Part shown: piece after piece, positions 48,518-56,648 of the stretch
Layout: each line of letters starts with the position of its first letter
Position numbering within the stretch: the stretch's first letter is position 1
Virus record (IMG/VR): IMGVR_UViG_3300031998_000067
Span: 4,153-68,152 of that record
Strand: one strand, 5' to 3'
Origin: a virus
Taxonomy: Duplodnaviria > Caudoviricetes
DNA: 64,000 nt
Notes under the pieces: model-generated
Seen by the model: only the letters and a program-made list of their open reading frames with translations
The model's database searches: none
Told to the model about the DNA's origin: nothing
Position numbers and translations under genes: made by a program

Positions 48518-48544
48518 GGGCGAGGGCGCTCCGTCGCCCCGCCC
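48518..48544 (+). other. GC hairpin downstream of VR2
   Basis: GGGCGAGGGCG-CTCCGT-CGCCCCGCCC, 12 nt after the stop. Confidence 0.8.
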
Positions 48545-48607
48545 TTTGCTCTGGATAGTCGCCCCCGACCGGGCGGCTGTCTGCTAACAATCAAAAACAC
48601 AATCACT

Positions 48608-48841
48608 ATGGCTATCAAAGTAACAAAACGGCACACCGGCGAACGCGGGTGCACGTATTCAATATCTGGTTTGACCTTCGACCAGGTATTCCGCATCAAG
48701 AATGCAATGTATGCAGAGGCGGAAAAGATGAAGGCGATTGCAGAGGGCGAGATGCAAGACTATGCACGCTTGCAAGAGGAGTTTAAGCAGTACGCGAAGG
48801 ATGCCCTCTCCGTGGCCGAGGCGGTTAATCTTGGCATTTGA
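48608..48841 (+). CDS. array ORF, hypothetical
   Basis: Variant leader at 48586. Confidence 0.65.
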   Translation: MAIKVTKRHTGERGCTYSISGLTFDQVFRIKNAMYAEAEKMKAIAEGEMQDYARLQEEFKQYAKDALSVAEAVNLGI

Positions 48842-49076
48842 TTGGTTGTAGGGGCGGGGAACCGCCCCTTTGGCCGCTAATTAACCCAATCAAAACACAT
48901 TCATTATGGCAACACAAAAATTTCGCATCACCTTGGAGCATCCCTATGGCCCCTGGGACACCTATGTGGTAGAAGCTAAAGACCTCAAATCCGCAAGGAA
49001 GAAGGCAAAGGACATCTACGTGAAGAACTACTTCACAAGGAGGGAAATCAAGACATATAACGAGCCCTTATAGCCT

Positions 49077-49340
49077 ATGAAAGTCACGGTTTACAGAAGC
49101 GTCGATTCCAAGCCCGGCGCATTCATTTCCTACTCGATCACCGGCAGGAAAGACCCTATCGTGGAGTTCTACATCCTTGACCATGGTTTCCTTGTTCTGG
49201 GGGCAACCTACACCGGCGGATATATGAGACGATTCTACAAGACGGAGGCCGGAGCAAAGCGCTGGATGAAGTCTTACGTCACAGAGTTCTGCCGAACCTA
49301 CTGGCCGCATCATGAGATAGAAATCGTGCCGGTCTTCTGA
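49077..49340 (+). CDS. array ORF, hypothetical
   Basis: Packed ORF. Confidence 0.6.
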   Translation: MKVTVYRSVDSKPGAFISYSITGRKDPIVEFYILDHGFLVLGATYTGGYMRRFYKTEAGAKRWMKSYVTEFCRTYWPHHEIEIVPVF

Positions 49341-49404
49341 TGCTCGCCTTACCCGTATTGAACCACGGGTGAGGTGCCAATTTAATTCAATCAAAATCAC
49401 TGTT

Positions 49405-49710
49405 ATGGCAAAGGAATACGAACTCTATTTGCGCTCGTGGTCCCACCTCAACCCAAATGCGAAGGAGGACGAGGACTACGAAACTGTTGACTTCGAGCCG
49501 TGCGTCAACTATCGTGACGCGGTGAAACGGGCGAAGGAACTCTCTAAAAGCATTCCGTTCAAGAACCACTACGGACAAGAGATAGTCCAGGTGCAGATTG
49601 CCGCCTACATTGCGGATGAGGAGGAAAAGTACGGAACGACCTATTATCTTCTCTGGAAGGAAACCTACGAAAACGGCAAGGGCCTTGGGAGATACAACAG
49701 CGAAATCTAA
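49405..49710 (+). CDS. array ORF, hypothetical
   Basis: Hairpin plus variant leader. Confidence 0.65.
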   Translation: MAKEYELYLRSWSHLNPNAKEDEDYETVDFEPCVNYRDAVKRAKELSKSIPFKNHYGQEIVQVQIAAYIADEEEKYGTTYYLLWKETYENGKGLGRYNSEI

Positions 49711-49878
49711 CATTCAACGACTATGTATCACTACACAGTAGAAGTGTCCGCTGAAGGACATGAGAACACAAACTTCAACTCCTATGAAGTCGCCTTGGAA
49801 TACTACAACAAATTAAAGCAGCAAGGCATGAATCCCGTACTACGTGACAATCTCACCAACACCGTAATCAAGTAGGCT

Positions 49879-50196
49879 ATGGAACGCGAAATCAGTATTC
49901 AAATCCACGACTACGACCGTGCTGGCCGGTACGTGATTACCGAGGATCGCAAGGCGACCTTGGATGAGGTACACGAACTGAAAGAAACGGCACGTAAGTC
50001 CGTCAAGGCGGACTGGTGGAGGCTCCCCAGGGAGGCTACGCACATCGTGTACTATGCCGAGATGTTGGATAAGGACGGAGAGGTATGGTTCGCCGGTATC
50101 TATATGCACGGCGAGGCGTACGATGAGGCGGAGTTTGACCGTATCTTCCACCAAACGAACATCGGCTATGTCGGTGCAATTCACAAACGTGTTTAA
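49879..50196 (+). CDS. array ORF, hypothetical
   Basis: Packed ORF. Confidence 0.6.
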   Translation: MEREISIQIHDYDRAGRYVITEDRKATLDEVHELKETARKSVKADWWRLPREATHIVYYAEMLDKDGEVWFAGIYMHGEAYDEAEFDRIFHQTNIGYVGAIHKRV

Positions 50197-50260
50197 CCTT
50201 ATGCCCGGCGGCTCCTGATCGAACCTCCGGGTGCTATTCACCAATTAAAAATTACTCATT

Positions 50261-50512
50261 ATGAAAATCTATGTCGGACGTTGGGACTTGCTTCCCGACA
50301 ATCTGGAGGGTTATAATGGCCTTCGTCAAATGAACCGTATGGACGTGGCAGTAGAACTGTCGCACGAAATCGAACGTTATGCCGAAACGCACGACGTTGA
50401 GGACAATAGGATGGGTGTCTATACGCCCGAGGAATTCGAAGATGAGTTCAACCAGACCCTCGAGAAACACTTTACGTCCGAAGACTATTGGATTCGCATT
50501 TTTGCGTACTAA
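50261..50512 (+). CDS. array ORF, acidic hypothetical
   Basis: Hairpin plus variant leader. Confidence 0.65.
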   Translation: MKIYVGRWDLLPDNLEGYNGLRQMNRMDVAVELSHEIERYAETHDVEDNRMGVYTPEEFEDEFNQTLEKHFTSEDYWIRIFAY

Positions 50513-50528
50513 TCACTATCTTTGCACT

Positions 50529-50786
50529 ATGATGCCAAAGTGGTACTACATCTTATGGAACCGCCTCGCTTGGATAAGCGTGGCCGTGCTCGTGCTATTC
50601 CTTCTGGTAGCTTGCATCCTCGCGTTCATCTTCCATATCTACGTGTCCGGGGGCCTCTATTGGTGGGTATGCGCCGGATGTCTCGCGGTATTCGTAATGG
50701 GCCTCACCATCTGGTCTGACGGCGTTGCGCAGTATGGAAGGAAGAACGCAAAAGATGCGGAGGAAAAAGAAAAAGAGAAGGAGTAA
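50529..50786 (+). CDS. two-TM membrane protein
   Basis: Two hydrophobic helices and a charged tail; TATCTTTG at 50517 just upstream. Confidence 0.65.
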   Translation: MMPKWYYILWNRLAWISVAVLVLFLLVACILAFIFHIYVSGGLYWWVCAGCLAVFVMGLTIWSDGVAQYGRKNAKDAEEKEKEKE

Positions 50787-50866
50787 TCTTCCTATCAACG
50801 AATTATGGGCGGGCGAGGGTGATTCCTTGCCCGCTCGCCATTATTAACAATCAAAATCACAATGCT

Positions 50867-51703
50867 ATGACACCACTTTACGACGCGATCGAATGCGTCA
50901 CACCCAAAAGCAGACCGAGCCTTATCAAGTACCTGAAGGCCAGTAAAATCAACTCGTGGAATGACATAGACACTGCGCACCTCAAACGGTTCGCCAAGAT
51001 AGTCAGGTCTTCCATGGCACCATCATCAGCACACACCACCTTCGCCGTGTTCAAAGGATTCCTATCAAAGTTCGACGATGAAATCGATCTCCCGAAAGGG
51101 TGGCGTAAAATTCTCGTCCAGAAGAACGAAGACACAATGAAGACTTATCTCACCGCAGAGGAGGTCGAGAAGTTTGGCGAGGTCTGGGTAGATGATGCCC
51201 GCCAACAAACCGTCCGGGACGGGTTCTATGTTTCGTGCAAGACCGGACTCAGGCATTCCGATCTGGTGAAGCTGACGCCCTCCAACTTCGAGAAGAGGGA
51301 AGACGGCTCCTACCTCCTTAACTACGTCTCCAAGAAGACGAAAATCCACGCCACCATCCCTTGCTCCGCAAAGACGAAGGAGAAAGTGGATTGGCTACAC
51401 AAGAACGGCAAGCAAGTGTCGCTCTCGTACTACAACTATATGGTACGAACCATCGCGGAGTGGGCTGGCATCAACGAAGAAGTCTCCGTGTACAAGGCGG
51501 GACAAGAACTCACCGGCCCCAAGTATCAGTTCATTTCCTCACACTCTGCCAGAGTCTCGTTCAGCACGATCCTCGCCGATTTCGATACCGACCTCGTAGA
51601 TATTATGCGCATGGCCGGTCACAAGGACCCGGCAATGACGGCACGATATATCGTCCGGCACGGGGTGAGGGTTAACAAGAAGGTACAGAAATTCCTTATG
51701 TAA
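50867..51703 (+). CDS. second tyrosine recombinase lacking an arm-binding domain
   Basis: TGLRHSD (R), SSHSAR (HxxR), AGHKDPAMTARY (H, Y). Confidence 0.9.
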   Translation: MTPLYDAIECVTPKSRPSLIKYLKASKINSWNDIDTAHLKRFAKIVRSSMAPSSAHTTFAVFKGFLSKFDDEIDLPKGWRKILVQKNEDTMKTYLTAEEVEKFGEVWVDDARQQTVRDGFYVSCKTGLRHSDLVKLTPSNFEKREDGSYLLNYVSKKTKIHATIPCSAKTKEKVDWLHKNGKQVSLSYYNYMVRTIAEWAGINEEVSVYKAGQELTGPKYQFISSHSARVSFSTILADFDTDLVDIMRMAGHKDPAMTARYIVRHGVRVNKKVQKFLM

Positions 51704-51722
51704 CACTTAATATCAATCAGCT

Positions 51723-51938
51723 ATGTTCATCATTAAGAAAAACACCAAGGCCGGTCTCCAGTTCACCGGCATCGAATGCGAAATCCTCGACGAAGCCAAG
51801 GCCGAATGTTCTGTGCAGACTGCGGGGAAGACACCAACCACCGACGAGGCGGATAACTACTTCCGTCTGGAGGTGTACGAGGTTGCCGAGAATGGCGACC
51901 AGAACCAGGTGTATGTCACGGACTTCTTCGAGGAGTAG
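51723..51938 (+). CDS. acidic hypothetical protein
   Basis: Last ORF of the array. Confidence 0.65.
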   Translation: MFIIKKNTKAGLQFTGIECEILDEAKAECSVQTAGKTPTTDEADNYFRLEVYEVAENGDQNQVYVTDFFEE

Positions 51939-52018
51939 TCCGCATTGGTCACGGGAGCCTGACCGTTCCCGTGGTCGCTATCGCAGTTCATAGTGAACGG
52001 TGATTTTTGATTGGACGC

Positions 52019-52047
52019 CCCGGGGTATTGCGCCTCCGGGGTTTTTG
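52019..52047 (+). terminator. intrinsic terminator ending the array
   Basis: CCCCGG...CCGGGG-TTTTT. Confidence 0.7.
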
Positions 52048-52226
52048 TTGTATATTTGTGTCTCGGTAGGGTCACACCCAAAATCGGTTAAATCGATGCG
52101 ATTTAGATTTGGTTAAAAATCCTTAAAATGGGGGCAAAAATCGTTATGATTTCGCCTTGAAAACGAACCGAAATAGAGGGTGTAACTGATTGATAACCAC
52201 CGAGAATACCCATAAAACCGGGCTAC

Positions 52227-52244
52227 ATCCTGTAGGAGTCACCA
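52227..52244 (+). other. putative attP core (tRNA 3' end, Arg-like)
   Basis: ATCCTGTAGGAGTCACCA = T-stem strand, acceptor strand and CCA; followed by a hairpin at 52246-52277; next to the integrase stop. Confidence 0.7.
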
Positions 52245-52303
52245 CAAACCCCGCCAGAGATGCTTCTGACGGGGTTTTTCGTATCATCGATTTAGAATCC
52301 GTA

Positions 52304-53476
52304 TTACTTTTTGAAAAGAGGGTTGTTTTTGAGCGCCTGGGCGTTCTCCTCTTTCGTCAGCTTTACATAGGTCGCAAATGACCTCTCGTTCTTGTGCCCG
52401 GTGATGAGCATTATCTGTCTCTCCGGCACGCCCTGCAAGACAAGCGTAGTCGCCAGAGATCGACGGCAGCAGTGGGACGAGATGAGCATATACTTCGGCT
52501 TCGTGGTCTTGACTTGCTTGCCACCCTTGACGATGGTGGTCGTGACGGGCTGATTGATGCCCGCCTTACAACAAACCATCTTTATCTCCCGATTCAGCTC
52601 CTCTTGGGACATCCGGGGTGCCCTTCCGCCGTTACGTTTGAGCATCTTCACCACCCTGGGAGAACAGGGTATAAGGGACTCCACGCCGGTCTTCCGCGAG
52701 GTGAGATGGATGATGCCGTCACGGATCATACTCTGCTCCAGATGCGAGTAGTCGGAGAACCGCGCCCCACAGTAGAAGCCGATGAGGAAAAGGTCGCGCA
52801 CTTCCTGGTCGTGCTTGTTGGGCAGCTTGAGGGCCCACAGACGCTCTATCTCGTCTTCGGTGAGGTACACGCTGTCCGAGGGCATAAAATGCTTCTTGAC
52901 GGCAAGGAACGCCGTGTTATGGTGCAATCCTTTGGCGAGCGCTTCGTTGAGACAGGACTTGAGTTTGGTTATCATCGAGGACTTGTAGTTCTCGGAGTAG
53001 TTGCGGTCATTGAAACCGTCTATGAGCCGACGGAACCAGTCTTCGGTGAGGTCGTCCCAGTTGTCGCCCTTTCCCATTATCTCCGCCACGATGTTCTGGG
53101 TGCTGACGTGTTGGCGTTTTGCGGGCCTCTCACGCGATGCGTACTCGTCATAGAACTCCCAGAACGTCTTGGGTGCTTCGGGCGTCTCTACGGGCAATTC
53201 TGCTCGCCCTGCGGCGATTCCGGAGAGAACTTTGCGGATATGCTCTTCGGTGGAATAGTCGTCGAGATGGGTTTGGAGGTAGAGGTCAATCTTCCGCATC
53301 TTCTCGGCTACCTTTGTATCGGTGCAATACTGCGGGCCCTTCTTCGGCACCTTCCACTGCTTTGTGGGAACTGTGATGCCGATGGCCTTGTTGTATATCT
53401 TGCCCTTATGATGGATGGCAATCCTTATCGGGCTCTTCTCCTTGCTCGGAGTGCAGAGGTTCCAGTTTATTTTCAT
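52304..53476 (-). CDS. int: site-specific integrase (tyrosine recombinase)
   Basis: N-terminal arm domain, CGARFSD, SSHCCRRS, TGHK...Y. Confidence 0.95.
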   Translation of the reverse strand: MKINWNLCTPSKEKSPIRIAIHHKGKIYNKAIGITVPTKQWKVPKKGPQYCTDTKVAEKMRKIDLYLQTHLDDYSTEEHIRKVLSGIAAGRAELPVETPEAPKTFWEFYDEYASRERPAKRQHVSTQNIVAEIMGKGDNWDDLTEDWFRRLIDGFNDRNYSENYKSSMITKLKSCLNEALAKGLHHNTAFLAVKKHFMPSDSVYLTEDEIERLWALKLPNKHDQEVRDLFLIGFYCGARFSDYSHLEQSMIRDGIIHLTSRKTGVESLIPCSPRVVKMLKRNGGRAPRMSQEELNREIKMVCCKAGINQPVTTTIVKGGKQVKTTKPKYMLISSHCCRRSLATTLVLQGVPERQIMLITGHKNERSFATYVKLTKEENAQALKNNPLFKK

Positions 53477-53796
53477 AACTTCTCCTCAATTATCCTCTGC
53501 AAAGTCCTTATCAGGGCATCCTTCTCCGCCACAATCTTTTCGAACCTCTGCTTGACCAACGATGCGGATAAATCACCCGGGTAGCCTTCGCCGGTCCGGA
53601 GCCAGACGGGGTTCACCTCCGGCCACGCCTTGATGATGGCATCGAAGAGGCCGGACAGCTTGAGCTGGCCATGGACTATCTTCGAGAGTCTTGTCTTGTC
53701 TATGCCTACCGAGCGGGCGAAGTCGATGGCTGAGCCGCCAGTGCAGTTGTCGATGAGGTATTGTGCCCTCTGGGCTTCGGTCATTATCTCGTCCAT
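53473..53796 (-). CDS. XRE-family HTH regulator
   Basis: FARSVGIDKTRLSKI and VNPVWLRTGEG. Confidence 0.85.
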   Translation of the reverse strand: MDEIMTEAQRAQYLIDNCTGGSAIDFARSVGIDKTRLSKIVHGQLKLSGLFDAIIKAWPEVNPVWLRTGEGYPGDLSASLVKQRFEKIVAEKDALIRTLQRIIEEKL

Positions 53797-53798
53797 AT

Positions 53799-54116
53799 CT
53801 ATTTTGCTTTGTTTAGAAGGTCAACAAGTTCTGCCCAGTTCCCGATGTTCACGGTCTGGATGTGACCGATGGAAACCGAGGGGGTGGTCCTGGGTTGTGA
53901 TAATTCTCCGGCTACCATATTGCCGGTTCCACGGAAGAGCCAGTCCATTGAAAGTTCCGGGAAGGTTGTGAGAATTTTCATAAGGTAGGAAGCCGTCGGT
54001 CCTTGCTTCAGGGCACGGATGTTGGTGTGCGTGAGACCGCACTTCTGCTCAAAGGCATTTTGAGTGAGGCCCTTGGCCTCCATGAACTCAAAGAGTCTGT
54101 TTACAAAGTCGTCCAT
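53799..54116 (-). CDS. XRE-family HTH repressor (CI-like)
   Basis: GLTQNAFEQKCGL and LSMDWLFRGTGNM. Confidence 0.85.
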   Translation of the reverse strand: MDDFVNRLFEFMEAKGLTQNAFEQKCGLTHTNIRALKQGPTASYLMKILTTFPELSMDWLFRGTGNMVAGELSQPRTTPSVSIGHIQTVNIGNWAELVDLLNKAK

Positions 54117-54146
54117 AAACTTTTTGTTAAAATTTTCTCAAAAAAG

Positions 54147-54177
54147 TTTGGACTTGTGAAAATTATCACTACCTTTG
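54147..54177 (+). promoter_or_regulatory. rightward lytic promoter
   Basis: TTTG-N19-TACCTTTG, perfect consensus, divergent from the repressor. Confidence 0.8.
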
Positions 54178-54182
54178 CATCG

Positions 54183-54650
54183 AACAACGGGTAAGTAACA
54201 AAGGTGTGAATTGACACAAGCCTACCCAAAAAGGGCAATAGAAAGGGTTCCCAGCCATTTCTGCCCATAAAGGTAGGCTTTTTATCTGAAAGTTACAAGA
54301 ATAAGTAACAAAAGTTGCTCGCTCGTTGTTAAGACCTACGGAACCCCGAGGGGTGGAAGACACCAGGGGGACTTGAAAGGTTGAATCCAGGGGTCCGCGA
54401 AAGTGGACATAGCCGGTGGGGGTGGCGTCCTCCAAAACCGCGAGAGGTCGGAGCGTAACTCTGATGAGCGGAACCGCCCGTAAGTAACCGCACTGGAGAT
54501 TGAGGCGAGAGATGGTCGGCAGCGACGTAATGCCAGACCTGTCTTTGGAAAATGGGCAATAGCGGCGAACCGGAATGGCCTTAAAATCGGGGCGCATTAT
54601 GCGTCAAGGTCTAAACCCCTCAAAGTATTGATAGGGGCCATACGTGAAAC
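54183..54650 (+). ncRNA. candidate long structured leader or ncRNA
   Basis: About 480 nt with no plausible sense ORF; many stems, several GNRA loops. Confidence 0.45.
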
Positions 54651-54665
54651 ATAAGACAACAATAT

Positions 54666-54881
54666 ATGATAGATTACACACTTGTAGATGCGGGACGTTG
54701 GACTGATTTCTTGAAAAGTCTCGCACCAGGCGTCTCGACGGTGAAGTTTCCTACCCTCGGGGCAATCAAGTCCTGCAAGGCGGTTGCCTACGATATGAAC
54801 TCCGACAAGAGCGGGCGCACCTATACATTTAAGGTAAAGAAGGAGTCTTGCTCTGCTGAAATCACTGTAACAGAACAATGA
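54666..54881 (+). CDS. small basic protein (possible Cro-like regulator)
   Basis: First ORF of the rightward operon. Confidence 0.6.
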   Translation: MIDYTLVDAGRWTDFLKSLAPGVSTVKFPTLGAIKSCKAVAYDMNSDKSGRTYTFKVKKESCSAEITVTEQ

Positions 54882-55090
54882 AAGAACTTTCCGAAGTCAT
54901 AACCGCCCTCCAGAGGCTCGATACGGCCATGAACGACGAGACGCGGGTAATGACTTGCGGAGAGGCCGCTTTCGTCCTTGGCAAGACGCCCCAGACAGTC
55001 TCCCGGTACATCGTCGAGGGTAAGCTGCACAAAGCCGTAGGAAACGGCGTTACGGGCGTCTGGGCGAAGGAAGTGTACCGACTGCTTTAA
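54878..55090 (+). CDS. excisionase-like winged HTH protein
   Basis: MTCGEAAFVLGKTPQTVSRYIVEGKL. Confidence 0.8.
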   Translation: MKELSEVITALQRLDTAMNDETRVMTCGEAAFVLGKTPQTVSRYIVEGKLHKAVGNGVTGVWAKEVYRLL

Positions 55091-55114
55091 TCACCCATTA
55101 AATACTTTTCAACT

Positions 55115-55395
55115 ATGGTTAAAATTATCATTGAACTCGATGAGAATTACATCGAACAGAGGTCAAATCCTGACAATCTTGACAAGTTGGAGGGGGGGGC
55201 AATCCGTTAAGGGCATTTGCTGACATCCTTTCCTTCGGCATGATCAACAGTGAAGTCAAAGGCGGCAAGACGGAGTTTCCCGTCAACCGTGAGTCGCTTG
55301 ACGACAACGGTAAGCAACTCTTCGATAACACCGTTACGCACTTCTGTGCGCTCGCGGGCATTATGAAGAAGAAGGAAGAGAAGAAGGAAGAGTAG
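55115..55395 (+). pseudogene. small gene frameshifted at a G8 tract
   Basis: ATG 55115 stops just after G8 (55192-55199); G9 gives a continuous 93-aa ORF (NPLRAFADILSFG...). Confidence 0.7.
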
Positions 55396-55401
55396 TAATA
55401 C

Positions 55402-56130
55402 ATGGAAATCAACGGCAAGGCTTGGCTACTCTTTGAGCAATCGGGAGTTTTCAAGCAAGAGTTTATCAAGTTAGGTATTCCGGCCATCGATGTGGATATT
55501 CAAGACAACTTTGGCCAGACTGACTACCAGATAGACTTGTTTGCCGAAATCGAGTCCGCGTATAGGGGGGGGGTAAGCCTGTTCGACCAGATTACCAAAG
55601 ATGATGTGGTCTTGGCTTTCTTCCCCTGCATCTACTTCGAGGCTATGCAGATGATGGAGTACACCTTCGAGCATCTGAACCAACGTGGCCTCACCACCAA
55701 GCAGAAGTTTGACCGAGTTGTGGAGCGAATCGAGAACAGAGAGAGGTTCTTGATTTTGCTCTACAAACTGGTCGAAATCGCTCAGGTCCGTGGCCTCCGG
55801 CTCATCATCGAGAATCCGGCCACGCAACCGCACTACCTTCTGCTCACCCAGGTCTTCCTCCGGCCGACAATCATTGATAAGGATCGCACACGAAGAGGAG
55901 ACTACTTCAAGAAACCTACCGCTTACTGGTTCATCAACTGCGAACCGACACAAGGCGAGACGCTGCAAGACCCGGAGAAACGCAAGACCATCCTCTCCAG
56001 TAAGGCCGGTGCCAAGGCGGGCATCTGCTCCGAGGAGCGGTCGATGATGTCACCAGACTATGCCCGCAATTTCATTGCAGATTTTATCCTCGGGCGCAAG
56101 CAAGAGGTTGGGCAACTACAACTATTCTAA
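55402..56130 (+). CDS. C5-cytosine methyltransferase-like protein with in-frame G9
   Basis: LFEQSG (motif I-like), FFPC (IV), IIENP (VI); G9 at 55565-55573. Confidence 0.7.
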   Translation: MEINGKAWLLFEQSGVFKQEFIKLGIPAIDVDIQDNFGQTDYQIDLFAEIESAYRGGVSLFDQITKDDVVLAFFPCIYFEAMQMMEYTFEHLNQRGLTTKQKFDRVVERIENRERFLILLYKLVEIAQVRGLRLIIENPATQPHYLLLTQVFLRPTIIDKDRTRRGDYFKKPTAYWFINCEPTQGETLQDPEKRKTILSSKAGAKAGICSEERSMMSPDYARNFIADFILGRKQEVGQLQLF

Positions 56131-56648
56131 TGCAAGGAAGAAGACTGACAGAAGAGCAGATTAACGAGGTGAAGCGCCTCTTCCCAGACCATACCAAGCG
56201 GGAAATCCACGAAATCACGGGCATCTGCGTCTCGTGCATCGACCGCATCCAAGCAGGGTTCCATCTCCGCAAGTCGCCGGAGCACCTTCACAATATGGGC
56301 GTAAGGGCGGGCAAGGCATCCAACATCGCTCGTGGTGGCGATTCCTCCGCTTGCTACACGCCGGAGGCTATCGCCAAGCGCATCAAGACCTACAAGCAGA
56401 CCTATAAGACCGAAGATATGCGAGCCCGGTGGGGACTACCGCAGCTCACGAAGATTCGGCTCAAGCACGGCTGCAAGCACCAACAAGACCAGTCCTCCTA
56501 TCTGCGGAGGAACGGGTATATCATAGACGAGGCCGAGAAGGTCGCCTACTACACTGACACCACGCGGCGCTCGACTCGTCTGGAGAGACTGAAACGGGGC
56601 GAGAAACGGGGCCCCGCCATTTGCTACTACGAATTCAAACCGATATGA
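56130..56648 (+). CDS. HTH-containing basic protein
   Basis: TKREIHEITGICVSCIDRI. Confidence 0.6.
   Translation: MQGRRLTEEQINEVKRLFPDHTKREIHEITGICVSCIDRIQAGFHLRKSPEHLHNMGVRAGKASNIARGGDSSACYTPEAIAKRIKTYKQTYKTEDMRARWGLPQLTKIRLKHGCKHQQDQSSYLRRNGYIIDEAEKVAYYTDTTRRSTRLERLKRGEKRGPAICYYEFKPI

Larger units (their letters stand above)
40566..50866 (+). repeat. dispersed hairpin plus ACCAATC leader repeated before array ORFs
   Basis: 14 exact ACCAATC copies 17-23 nt upstream of an ATG, plus about 7 variants. Confidence 0.85.

Noticed and set aside
40500-51990. CRISPR array or classical integron
   Set aside because: No constant-length repeats or spacers, no consistent attC GTTRRRY/RYYYAAC ends, and stems differ in sequence.
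52170-52244. Complete tRNA gene
   Set aside because: Only the 3' 18 nt fit; no D arm, anticodon arm or TTCGA loop upstream.
54461-54490. Hammerhead ribozyme (CTGATGA core)
   Set aside because: Stem II loop is only 2 nt and no GAAA follows.
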